A model generated the notes under the pieces. The model was not told where the DNA came from, made no database searches, and worked only from the letters and a program-made list of their open reading frames with translations. Positions 40,846-50,315 of a stretch of DNA of 64,000 nt are shown piece by piece (within the stretch, counting starts at the first letter, position 1; the number at the start of each line of letters is the position of its first letter). Both the position numbers and the translations under genes were made by a program. The DNA is from Lachnospira sp. (GTDB lineage: Bacteria > Bacillota > Clostridia > Lachnospirales > Lachnospiraceae): NCBI GenBank assembly GCA_050874785.1, contig JBNMLJ010000002.1, forward strand, positions 37,278-101,277, in the 5' to 3' direction.

Positions 40846-41823
40846 ATGAATTTAGATGAAATGCTTAAAGCCAGTGGAATAAGCGGCGGTGCTGCTTCTG
40901 GCAATGACAATGTGAAATCAGGATTTGTAACATTTATTGGAAGACCTAATGTTGGCAAGTCTACGCTTATGAATAATATTATAGGGCAGAAGATTGCGAT
41001 AACATCTAATAAGCCACAGACAACAAGAAACAGGATACAGACAGTGTATACAGATGAGAGAGGACAGATTGTATTTGTTGATACACCGGGTATCCATAAG
41101 GCTAAGAACAAGCTCGGCGAATATATGGTAGGAGCTGCTGAGAAGACTATTAATGAAGTTGATGTTGTGTGCTTTATAGTAGAGCCAACAACATATATCG
41201 GAGCAGGTGAGCAGCATATTATAGAGAAGTTAAAGAAGGTAAATGCACCTAAGATATTAGTAATCAATAAGGTTGATACTGTAAAGAAAGAGGAGATACT
41301 TCCTGTAATCGACTGCTATAATAAAGAGCTTGAATTTGATGAGATAATTCCAGTATCAGCAAGAAATGGCAGTAATGTTGATGACCTTGTAACAACAATA
41401 TTCAAATATCTTACTTATGGACCTATGTTCTATGATGAAGATACTGTTACAGACCAGCCATTAAGACAGATTGTTGCAGAACTTATAAGAGAGAAGGCAC
41501 TTCACGCCCTCAATGAAGAAATTCCACACGGAATAGCTGTCGTCATAGATACATTTAAAGACAGAAAGTCACCTAAGGGCAAGATTACAGATATAGATGC
41601 AACAATAATATGTGAAAGAGATTCACATAAGGGCATTATCATCGGCAAGGGTGGAGAAATGCTTAAAAAGATAGGAACTAATGCCAGATATGAGATAGAA
41701 AAGCAGCTTGGCAACAAGGTTAATCTTAAGCTCTGGGTTAAGGTTAAGAAGGAATGGAGAGACAGCGATATTCTTATAAAGAATTTTGGCTATGATAAGA
41801 AAGATAACAAGACACAGAATTAA
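40846..41823 (+). CDS. era: GTPase Era
   Basis: Contains GRPNVGKSTL (G1), DTPG (G3), NKVD (G4) and a C-terminal KH domain (GIIIGKGGEMLKKIG). Confidence 0.93.
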   Translation: MNLDEMLKASGISGGAASGNDNVKSGFVTFIGRPNVGKSTLMNNIIGQKIAITSNKPQTTRNRIQTVYTDERGQIVFVDTPGIHKAKNKLGEYMVGAAEKTINEVDVVCFIVEPTTYIGAGEQHIIEKLKKVNAPKILVINKVDTVKKEEILPVIDCYNKELEFDEIIPVSARNGSNVDDLVTTIFKYLTYGPMFYDEDTVTDQPLRQIVAELIREKALHALNEEIPHGIAVVIDTFKDRKSPKGKITDIDATIICERDSHKGIIIGKGGEMLKKIGTNARYEIEKQLGNKVNLKLWVKVKKEWRDSDILIKNFGYDKKDNKTQN

Positions 41824-41838
41824 TCCGGAGGTGGCAAG

Positions 41839-42579
41839 GTGGCTGATGTAGTTTCTGTCACAGGATTTATATTGTCAAGCATGCCTGTTGGGGAATATGA
41901 CAGACGAGTTGTCATACTCAGCAGGGAACTTGGTAAGATAGCGGCATTTGCCAAAGGAGCAAGACGTCAAAACAGCCACCTTATAGGAGTTACAAGACCA
42001 TTTATATTTGGAACATTCGAGGTGTACAGGGGCAGGGACTCATACACAATACAGAAAGCTGATGTTACGAATTATTTTGAGGAGCTTGTAAGTGACCTTG
42101 ATGGTGTGCTGTACGGATATTATTTTGCGGAGCTGGCAGAATATTATGGCAGGGAAAATCTTGATGCCGCAGATATGATTAATCTTTTATATGTTGCATT
42201 TAAGGCACTGGTTAATAAAGCATTACCCAATGAACTTGTAAGATATATATATGAGATACGGCTGATAGCCGTTAATGGAGAGTGTCCGGATTTCTTTAGC
42301 TGTGCAGGCTGTGGAAGTGAGAAGGAGTTACAGTTATATTCCTACAAAGAAAATGGAATGTACTGCGTGAACTGCGCCGCCTCATCGGGTGACGGAATAG
42401 TGCTTCAATCTTCAACCTTGTATACACTACAGTATATTATTACAGCACCACTTACAAAGCTGTTTACATTTGTTGTAAAGGCTGATGTACTAAAGGAGCT
42501 TAAAATGGTAGTGAATAGAATAGAATTTATTACGTTTGATAAGCATTTCAAATCCAAAGAAATGCTTGATATTGGTTAA
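41839..42579 (+). CDS. recO: DNA repair protein RecO
   Basis: Conserved position after era, an OB-fold N-terminus, and a zinc motif CAGCGS...CVNC. GTG start after GGAGGTGG. Confidence 0.85.
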   Translation: MADVVSVTGFILSSMPVGEYDRRVVILSRELGKIAAFAKGARRQNSHLIGVTRPFIFGTFEVYRGRDSYTIQKADVTNYFEELVSDLDGVLYGYYFAELAEYYGRENLDAADMINLLYVAFKALVNKALPNELVRYIYEIRLIAVNGECPDFFSCAGCGSEKELQLYSYKENGMYCVNCAASSGDGIVLQSSTLYTLQYIITAPLTKLFTFVVKADVLKELKMVVNRIEFITFDKHFKSKEMLDIG

Positions 42580-42655
42580 GGATATATAGGTTATAAGAAT
42601 ATATTGGTTAAGATATTACCGATTGAAGTTAAACACAGGACGGGAAGGAAGATTT

Positions 42656-43483
42656 ATGAGTCACAATAACCAGAAAAAGATAGCAGCTATTAATGATTAC
42701 TCAGGCTTTGGAAGATGTTCTATAGCTGTAGAGCTTCCGATTATATCAGCTCTTAAAGTGCAGTGTTGTCCACTGCCCACATCAATATTGTCTAATCATA
42801 CAGGGTTTGAAAGCTTTTATTTTGAGGATTTTACAGAAAGTATGCCGGCTTATATAAAGGAGTGGGAGAAGCTTAATCTTAAATTTGACGGAATATGCAC
42901 AGGCTTTCTTGGTTCACATAAACAGATTGAGATAGTCAGGTATTTCTTTGATACATTTAAGACACCTGATAATATAGTAGTTGTTGACCCTGTTATGGGT
43001 GATTATGGCAATCTGTATGCCACATATACTAAAGAAACCTGTGAAGAGATGAAAAAGCTTGTGAGCTATGCTGATATTCTTACACCTAATCTTACAGAAG
43101 CCTGTATATTAACAGACAGGGAATATAATGCAGAGTACAGTAATGAAGAGCTTGAGGCAATTGCTAAGCAGTTATCAGATATGGGACCTTCAAAGATAGT
43201 TATAACAGGAATTGTAAGAGGAGCATATATTGCTAACTACTGTTATGAGGACGGCTGTGGCGGATATGAGATTAAGACAACCAAGGTTGGAACACAGAGG
43301 TCTGGAACAGGAGATATATTTACGGCGATAATTGCGGCAGATGCAGTTAATAAAGTTAATTTCCACGAATCAGTAAGAAAGGCTTCACAGTTCATAAAGA
43401 AATGTATAATAAAATCAATAGAATTAGAGATACCGGTTACTGACGGAGTGTGCTTTGAGGAGCTGCTTACAACATTAAGATGA
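42656..43483 (+). CDS. pdxK: Pyridoxal/pyridoxamine kinase (ribokinase superfamily)
   Basis: AINDYSGFGRCS, VVDPVMGD and GTGDIFTA motifs. The ATG at 42656 follows GGAAGGAAG. Confidence 0.8.
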   Translation: MSHNNQKKIAAINDYSGFGRCSIAVELPIISALKVQCCPLPTSILSNHTGFESFYFEDFTESMPAYIKEWEKLNLKFDGICTGFLGSHKQIEIVRYFFDTFKTPDNIVVVDPVMGDYGNLYATYTKETCEEMKKLVSYADILTPNLTEACILTDREYNAEYSNEELEAIAKQLSDMGPSKIVITGIVRGAYIANYCYEDGCGGYEIKTTKVGTQRSGTGDIFTAIIAADAVNKVNFHESVRKASQFIKKCIIKSIELEIPVTDGVCFEELLTTLR

Positions 43484-43611
43484 TTAATGGATAAGATAAT
43501 AAACTATCAAGATATTAAAATATCTTGATAGTTAAGACATTTGATAATAATAAGAGATAATTAGAAGAATGTTAATGTTAGATAATTTAATAAAAGAAAG
43601 AGAGAACAATT

Positions 43612-44217
43612 ATGGAGATATTATATAAGGTACATAATAATCTTTATGTTAATATGACTAATAAATGTCCATTTGCCTGTACATTTTGTCTTAGACAGAC
43701 TATGGACAGAATTGGTGAGTCGGACAGATTATGGCTTGAAAGAGAACCACTTGTAAGTGAGGTTATAGCTGAATTTGCCAAATGGAATCTTGATGATTTT
43801 GGTGAAGTAGTATTCTGTGGTTTTGGCGAGCCTACAGAAAGCTGGGATAAGATAAGAGAGGTAGCAGCATTTATTAAAAAGACTTACAATAATAAGCCAA
43901 TCAGAATTAATACTAATGGCGCAGGTAATCTTATCAATGAAAGAGATATAACAAAAGAAATGGCCGGTCTTATAGATACTGTATCAATAAGTCTTAACAA
44001 TCCTAATAAAAATGAGTATAACAAGCTTGTAAGAAGCAAATTCGGTGATAAGACATTTGATGGGATGATAGATTTTGCGAAGAAATGCGTAGCTAATGGG
44101 CTTAAGGTTGTTATGACAACGGTTGACACAACTATATCACACGAGGAAGAAGCACAGTGCCAGATAATATGCGATAAGATAGGTGCTTCTTACAGAATAC
44201 GTCCCTGGGAGTCATAA
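43612..44217 (+). CDS. Small radical SAM protein
   Basis: CPFACTFC is a CxxxCxxC cluster motif near the N-terminus. The 201-aa protein is partial-TIM-barrel sized. Confidence 0.7.
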   Translation: MEILYKVHNNLYVNMTNKCPFACTFCLRQTMDRIGESDRLWLEREPLVSEVIAEFAKWNLDDFGEVVFCGFGEPTESWDKIREVAAFIKKTYNNKPIRINTNGAGNLINERDITKEMAGLIDTVSISLNNPNKNEYNKLVRSKFGDKTFDGMIDFAKKCVANGLKVVMTTVDTTISHEEEAQCQIICDKIGASYRIRPWES

Positions 44218-44367
44218 TTACACGATATTCACAGTTGAAATTATACAAGGAATGTTATAGAATTAAAAAGATTATTGTGAAGATGCGAAAGATTATGGTG
44301 CATATGTGTTAAGTGCCTTATCACCTTATCAATAGATGGCATCTGTATCTTTAGGAGGATTATTGAT

Positions 44368-45756
44368 ATGGAAAAGACAATGGAAAAGATAGTAGCTTTA
44401 GCAAAGGCAAGAGGATTCGTGTATCCAGGTTCAGAAATCTATGGCGGACTTGCTAATACATGGGATTACGGTAACCTTGGTGTTGAGCTTAAGAATAACG
44501 TTAAGAAGGCCTGGTGGCAGAAGTTCGTACAGGAAAGCCCATACAATGTAGGTGTTGACTGTGCAATACTTATGAATCCACAGACCTGGGTTGCTTCAGG
44601 ACATCTTGGTGGTTTCTCTGATCCTCTTATGGATTGTAAGGACTGCCACGAAAGATTCAGAGCTGATAAGCTTATTGAAGACTGGGCAGATGAGAATAAC
44701 TATGAGATAGAAGGTTCAGTTGATGCGTGGTCACAGGAACAGATGAAGAACTTTATTGATGAGAAGAATATATGCTGTCCAACTTGTGGCAAGCATAACT
44801 TTACAGATATAAGACAGTTCAACCTTATGTTCAAGACATTCCAGGGTGTAACTGAAGATGCTAAGAATACAGTATATTTAAGACCAGAAACAGCTCAGGG
44901 TATATTCGTTAACTTTAAGAATGTACAGAGAACATCAAGAAAGAAAGTACCATTTGGTATTGGACAGATTGGTAAGTCATTTCGTAACGAGATTACACCT
45001 GGTAACTTTACATTCAGAACAAGAGAGTTCGAGCAGATGGAATTAGAGTTCTTCTGCAAGCCGGGAACAGACCTTGAATGGTTCAACTACTGGAGACAGT
45101 ACTGCATAGACTGGCTTAAGGCACTTGGAATTAAAGATGATGAGATGAGAGCAAGAGATCATTCACCAGAAGAACTGTGCTTTTATTCTAAGGGAACAAC
45201 AGATATTGAGTTCTTATTCCCATTTGGCTGGGGTGAATTATGGGGTATCGCAGACAGAACAGATTATGACCTTACACAGCACCAGACAGTATCTGGCGAG
45301 GATATGTCATACTTTGATGATGAAGCTAAGGAAAAGTATATTCCATATGTTATTGAGCCATCACTTGGTGCAGACAGAGTAACACTTGCATTCCTCTGTG
45401 CAGCTTATGATGAGGAAGAACTTGAAGGAGGGGATGTAAGAACAGTTCTTCATTTCCACCCAGCATTAGCACCAGTTAAGGTTGGTATCCTTCCACTTTC
45501 TAAGAAGCTTAATGAAGGTGCAGAGAAGGTATATGCAGAGCTTTCTAAGTATTACAACTGTGAATTTGATGACAGAGGTAATATTGGTAAGAGATATAGA
45601 AGACAGGATGAGATTGGTACTCCATTCTGTATAACATATGACTTTGAGTCAGAAGAAGATAATGCTGTAACAGTAAGAGATAGAGATACTATGCAGCAGG
45701 AAAGAGTTAAGATTTCTGACCTTAAGGCATATTTTGAAGACAAGTTTACATTTTAA
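44368..45756 (+). CDS. glyQS: Glycine--tRNA ligase (homodimeric GlyQS type)
   Basis: Contains [37 protein letters not shown] and GADRV. Confidence 0.95.
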   Translation: MEKTMEKIVALAKARGFVYPGSEIYGGLANTWDYGNLGVELKNNVKKAWWQKFVQESPYNVGVDCAILMNPQTWVASGHLGGFSDPLMDCKDCHERFRADKLIEDWADENNYEIEGSVDAWSQEQMKNFIDEKNICCPTCGKHNFTDIRQFNLMFKTFQGVTEDAKNTVYLRPETAQGIFVNFKNVQRTSRKKVPFGIGQIGKSFRNEITPGNFTFRTREFEQMELEFFCKPGTDLEWFNYWRQYCIDWLKALGIKDDEMRARDHSPEELCFYSKGTTDIEFLFPFGWGELWGIADRTDYDLTQHQTVSGEDMSYFDDEAKEKYIPYVIEPSLGADRVTLAFLCAAYDEEELEGGDVRTVLHFHPALAPVKVGILPLSKKLNEGAEKVYAELSKYYNCEFDDRGNIGKRYRRQDEIGTPFCITYDFESEEDNAVTVRDRDTMQQERVKISDLKAYFEDKFTF

Positions 45757-45771
45757 TATAGGTATTAATTT

Positions 45772-47562
45772 ATGAAATGTGTTAAATGTGGAACAGAATA
45801 TGAGGGCAATGAGTGTCCCAGATGTAACGGACCTGTAATTAAGATTAACAGCAGTGATTATATGGCAAGGCGTAAAGCATATGAAGAAAGCCTTGCAAGA
45901 AAAGAGGCACAGAACGCTTTAAATAGTGCAGAAGAAGATGGTAATGCATTAGCTGGTGAAGCAGACCAATATGATAAAGATGGCAAGACAATACAGCAGG
46001 GGAAGCGTACAAAGAAGCGTTCGCATAAGGTAAAGAATTATGATGAAGGTGTCTTTGATATAACTAAAGTTGATTTTAATGATGTGGCTGATAAGTTAAA
46101 GGCTGGCAGTGAAAAGCTTGCCAGTAAAGCTAAAGGAAAAGCCCGGCAGGAAAAGGCTAAGGCCAGAAAAAATAATAATGCTAAGACGGATAATAATATT
46201 AAGACGGATAGCAGGATAAGACCACAGACAAAACATTCATATAAGAAAGCAGGAGTAGCTGTCGCCATTGTTATAGTGGCGATAGCTGCTATTTCATTAA
46301 TTATGGCTGTTTTGTTAAGGAAGAATTCACATATATATATGAGTGACGGAAACCGCATATATGATGTATCTTCACTTGAAAGCCAGTATATATGTGATGT
46401 TAAGGATACATTATTTGGTCTTGATGAGGTTACATTTTATACACCGGAATGGCCGGAAAATATATCTAAGGACAGTGTGATTTCAAGTGCGGCAAGTCCG
46501 GATGGCAAGTATTATGCGGCAGATGTGTATAATGATGAAGATGAGTTATATTCGTTATATGTATGGTCACAGGACGGCAGTGTGGAAGTTGTAAGCAATA
46601 TATATGCACACGAGATATATTACCTTTCAGATAAAGGCATTATTATTTACAAGGAAACAGAAACTATCAATGACTCAGGGAAGATAGGCGGACTTAAGCT
46701 GTCTATGGCAGAGATTACCAAGGATAAAAGCTCTGGAAGTCTTGTAGGAAAGACTGATACAATAGAAGCCAGTCTTACACAGGCATATGTATACAGTGAC
46801 AGCGATACAATTATAATACTTGATGGCGATAACAGGCTATATCAGTACAATTATAGTAATAAGAAGCAGACATATGTAGCAGATAATGTGGATAATATAT
46901 ATCCATTAAGTGATACAGATGGTGTGTATACTAAAGGTGCAGGACATCTGAATACATCTGACAAGGCTGATGAATATATATATAATTCACAGGACAATAA
47001 TTATATTGTTAGTGTTAAGAATGGCACAGCACAGCAGCTTGAGGGCATTAATGGTGCTAATATGACATATATTATAGACAGTAAGAATGATTACATATAC
47101 TGGGTAGGTAATAAAAAGGTGTCATATGCAAAGTATAAGGACGGCACAGTGTCAGATAAGAAAGAGCTTGACAGCATAGGAAATATGCAGAATATAGTAT
47201 TCTTAAAAGCTTCAGGTGAGCTTGTATACATCAATGCAGATGCAAAGCTTATCAATGCAGTGAAGGGTGAGAAGACTGTTATTGCAGAGAATGTGAAGGA
47301 CGGAAGCTTATCACTTATTAATAATACCAAGGAGTCTGTTACTTATATAGATAGTGACGGACAGTATTATTTAAAGACACCATCAGCAAAGAAAGTGCTT
47401 ATGGGAAATGTTACAGATACAGTTAATACATCTGATACAAGTCTTTATAGAAAGAGATTGTATTATTATGATTCTGACAAGACATTATATTCGTGCGACT
47501 TAAAGGGTGGCTCAAAGAGCCAGATAGGAACAGTGGACAGGCTGTGGATTGGAACACATTAA
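45772..47562 (+). CDS. Zinc-ribbon / single-TM / repeat-rich extracytoplasmic protein
   Basis: N-terminal CVKCG..x..CPRCNG zinc ribbon, a Lys-rich linker, one transmembrane segment (VAVAIVIVAIAAISLIMAVLL), then ~400 aa rich in Y/D/S/T with repeated ..IYY..D.. patterns. Confidence 0.6.
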   Translation: MKCVKCGTEYEGNECPRCNGPVIKINSSDYMARRKAYEESLARKEAQNALNSAEEDGNALAGEADQYDKDGKTIQQGKRTKKRSHKVKNYDEGVFDITKVDFNDVADKLKAGSEKLASKAKGKARQEKAKARKNNNAKTDNNIKTDSRIRPQTKHSYKKAGVAVAIVIVAIAAISLIMAVLLRKNSHIYMSDGNRIYDVSSLESQYICDVKDTLFGLDEVTFYTPEWPENISKDSVISSAASPDGKYYAADVYNDEDELYSLYVWSQDGSVEVVSNIYAHEIYYLSDKGIIIYKETETINDSGKIGGLKLSMAEITKDKSSGSLVGKTDTIEASLTQAYVYSDSDTIIILDGDNRLYQYNYSNKKQTYVADNVDNIYPLSDTDGVYTKGAGHLNTSDKADEYIYNSQDNNYIVSVKNGTAQQLEGINGANMTYIIDSKNDYIYWVGNKKVSYAKYKDGTVSDKKELDSIGNMQNIVFLKASGELVYINADAKLINAVKGEKTVIAENVKDGSLSLINNTKESVTYIDSDGQYYLKTPSAKKVLMGNVTDTVNTSDTSLYRKRLYYYDSDKTLYSCDLKGGSKSQIGTVDRLWIGTH

Positions 47563-47671
47563 AGCATTACATTTTAATGGAACAGACATTATAGTATTAT
47601 TCACAGGCTTTAAGGAATAATAAGATATATAAGGACATATATAATAACAAATGTTATAAGAGGTTATTATT

Positions 47672-48910
47672 ATGTCCGGATATATGAAAGTGTTAGCAGA
47701 ATGTACAGATAAAGCAGGACATAAGGACAGAACAGGACATATAAAAAGAATTACAGGTATAATAACAGCTATAATTATGTTAATTACAACGGCTGTTATT
47801 GTGCCTGTTTTTTGCTGTGCAGAGGAAGTATCAGGACCAGACATAGATACACCTTCTGCGATACTTATGGAGGCGGCGACAGGACAGGTAATATATGAAA
47901 AGGATGCCGATACAGTTCTTGCGCCTGCAAGCATAACAAAGATAATGACACTTATACTTATATTTGAGGCAGTAGAGGACGGAAGCATTAATATGGAAGA
48001 CCCTGTAACGGTGTCGGAATATGCGGCTTCAATGGGCGGAAGCCAGGTGTTTCTTGAACCGGGAGAGATACAGAGTGTAAGGACTATGATTAAGTGCATA
48101 GCGGTGGCAAGTGCGAATGATGCGTGTGTAGCAATGGCAGAACACATAAGCGGGGCAGAGAATGTATTTGTTGATAAAATGAATGAGAAAGCCCGTGAAC
48201 TTGGAATGAGCAATACACATTTTATTAACTGCTGTGGACTTGATGTTGACGGACATACATCAAGTGCGAGAGATGTGGCGATTATGAGCAGGGAGCTTAT
48301 TAATAACCACCCACAGATAAAAGAATTCAGCAATATATGGATGGAGAGCATAACACACGTTACAAGAAAAGGCGAGAAGGATTTCGTGCTTACCAATACT
48401 AATAAGCTTATGAAACAGTATGCCTATGCCACAGGCTTAAAGACAGGTTCAACAAGCAAGGCAGGCTGCTGCCTTTCAGGAACAGCCAATAAAGACGGAA
48501 TAGATCTTATAGCAGTTGTTATGGCAGCACCGACAAGCAAGATACGATTCAGTGATGCGATAACACTTCTTAATTATGGTTTCAGCGTGTGCAGCATATA
48601 TAAAGATGAAGAACCGCTTGATACAGAGAGTATTAAAATATCATCTGGCAAGCAGGATGAGATTAAGATAGCAAAGGAAAAAGACTATTCATATATGTTC
48701 ATTAATAAATATAACAATGATGATATAAGACGGGAGTGCATAATTAATGACAACATTAAAGCTCCATTAAAAGAGGGTGATGAGGTAGGAGTTATTAATT
48801 ATTATTATAAAGAGGCTTATATTGGAAGTGTCAAGATAATAAGCTGTGAGAATGTTGATACAGCAGGCTTTATGGACTCTGTTAAGAAAATATTTAAAAG
48901 CTTACTTTAA
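47672..48910 (+). CDS. dacB: D-alanyl-D-alanine carboxypeptidase (peptidase S11, PBP5 type)
   Basis: SITK (SxxK), SANDA (SxN) and KTGST (KTG) motifs, with an N-terminal transmembrane/signal segment. Confidence 0.85.
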   Translation: MSGYMKVLAECTDKAGHKDRTGHIKRITGIITAIIMLITTAVIVPVFCCAEEVSGPDIDTPSAILMEAATGQVIYEKDADTVLAPASITKIMTLILIFEAVEDGSINMEDPVTVSEYAASMGGSQVFLEPGEIQSVRTMIKCIAVASANDACVAMAEHISGAENVFVDKMNEKARELGMSNTHFINCCGLDVDGHTSSARDVAIMSRELINNHPQIKEFSNIWMESITHVTRKGEKDFVLTNTNKLMKQYAYATGLKTGSTSKAGCCLSGTANKDGIDLIAVVMAAPTSKIRFSDAITLLNYGFSVCSIYKDEEPLDTESIKISSGKQDEIKIAKEKDYSYMFINKYNNDDIRRECIINDNIKAPLKEGDEVGVINYYYKEAYIGSVKIISCENVDTAGFMDSVKKIFKSLL

Positions 48911-48987
48911 TTAAAGTAGTGCCATTTGCCGTATAATATGCTATATTATTAAATAATATGCATTAAGGAAAGCACAAGGACACAATT

Positions 48988-50310
48988 ATGGATTTATTTG
49001 ATTATATGCGAAAGACTAATCAGGAGAATGATTCTCCTCTTGCGATGAGATTAAGACCAAGAACTTTGGAAGAGGTCGTAGGACAACAGCATATTGTTGG
49101 CAGGGATAAGCTTTTATACAGGGCCATAAAGGCAGACAAATTAAGCTCGATTATATTTTATGGGCCTCCAGGAACTGGAAAGACTACATTAGCCAAGGTT
49201 ATTGCCAATACGACAAGTGCGGATTTCTGTCAGATTAATGCCACGGTAGCAGGCAAGAAAGAGATGGAAGATGTTGTAGAGAAAGCAAAAAATAATCTTG
49301 GAATGTATGGTAAGAAGACAATACTTTTCGTAGATGAGATACATAGATTTAATAAGGGACAGCAGGACTATCTTCTGCCGTTTGTGGAAGACGGAACTAT
49401 TGTGCTTGTTGGTGCAACGACAGAAAATCCATATTTTGAGGTTAATGGGGCTTTGATTTCAAGGTCCATAATATTTGAGTTAAAGCCATTGTCAAAGGAA
49501 GATATCAAAGAGATACTAAAGAGGGCTGTATACGATAAAGAAAGAGGTATGGGAAGCTATAAGGCTGATATAGATGACGAGGCTTTAGAGTTTCTTGCTG
49601 ATATAGCAAATGGTGATGCAAGAAGTGCACTTAATGCGATAGAACTTGGAATACTTACAACTGACAGGTCAGAGGACGGGCTTATACATATAGATTTAAA
49701 GACAGCAGAACAGTGTATACAAAAAAGGGCTGTCAGATATGATAAGACAGGCGATAATCATTACGATACCATATCGGCATTTATTAAAAGTATGAGGGGT
49801 TCTGACCCTGATGCGGTAAGTTATTATCTTGCAAAGATGTTATATGCAGGTGAAGATATAAAGTTTATTGCAAGAAGAATAATGATATGTGCAAGTGAAG
49901 ATGTAGGCAATGCAGACCCTAATGCATTAGTCGTTGCTACAAATGCAGCACTTGCAGTTGAGAGAATAGGTATGCCGGAGGCAAGGATAATTCTTTCACA
50001 GGCGGCGTTATATGTTGCCTGTGCGCCTAAGAGCAACGCCTGTTATATGGCAGTTGACAAGGCTATGGAGCTTGTTAAGACGACCAAGACAGCACCAGTG
50101 CCGGCACATTTGCAGGACGCACATTATAAGAGTGCTTCAAAGTTAGGACACGGCATAGGTTATAAGTATGCACACGATTATCCTAACCACTATGTGAAAC
50201 AACAGTATTTACCTGATGGACTTGAGGACGCGAAGTTCTATGAACCAACAGATAATGGATATGAAAAGCAGATAAAGACACACTTAAAAAAGATTAATTC
50301 GGAGACGTAG
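48988..50310 (+). CDS. rarA: Replication-associated recombination protein A (AAA+ ATPase)
   Basis: LRPRTLEEVVGQQHI, GPPGTGKTT and ILFVDEIHRFNK motifs, plus the MgsA C-terminal domain. Confidence 0.92.
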   Translation: MDLFDYMRKTNQENDSPLAMRLRPRTLEEVVGQQHIVGRDKLLYRAIKADKLSSIIFYGPPGTGKTTLAKVIANTTSADFCQINATVAGKKEMEDVVEKAKNNLGMYGKKTILFVDEIHRFNKGQQDYLLPFVEDGTIVLVGATTENPYFEVNGALISRSIIFELKPLSKEDIKEILKRAVYDKERGMGSYKADIDDEALEFLADIANGDARSALNAIELGILTTDRSEDGLIHIDLKTAEQCIQKRAVRYDKTGDNHYDTISAFIKSMRGSDPDAVSYYLAKMLYAGEDIKFIARRIMICASEDVGNADPNALVVATNAALAVERIGMPEARIILSQAALYVACAPKSNACYMAVDKAMELVKTTKTAPVPAHLQDAHYKSASKLGHGIGYKYAHDYPNHYVKQQYLPDGLEDAKFYEPTDNGYEKQIKTHLKKINSET

Positions 50311-50315
50311 AGCTG

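Noticed and set aside
44218-44367. Expected T-box leaders upstream of glyQS, and also upstream of pheS (57287-57382) and leuC (16762-16878)
   Set aside because: The spacers are only ~100-150 nt, and I could not find the T-box consensus or a specifier-loop/antiterminator arrangement. The repeated TTGCGAAAT and the CTTGCG/CGCAAG pairing before pheS are too weak to call an attenuator.
47512-48396. 294-aa minus-strand ORF
   Set aside because: It is antisense to the D-Ala-D-Ala carboxypeptidase gene (SxxK/SxN/KTG motifs intact) and to the 3' end of the zinc-ribbon gene. Shadow ORF.
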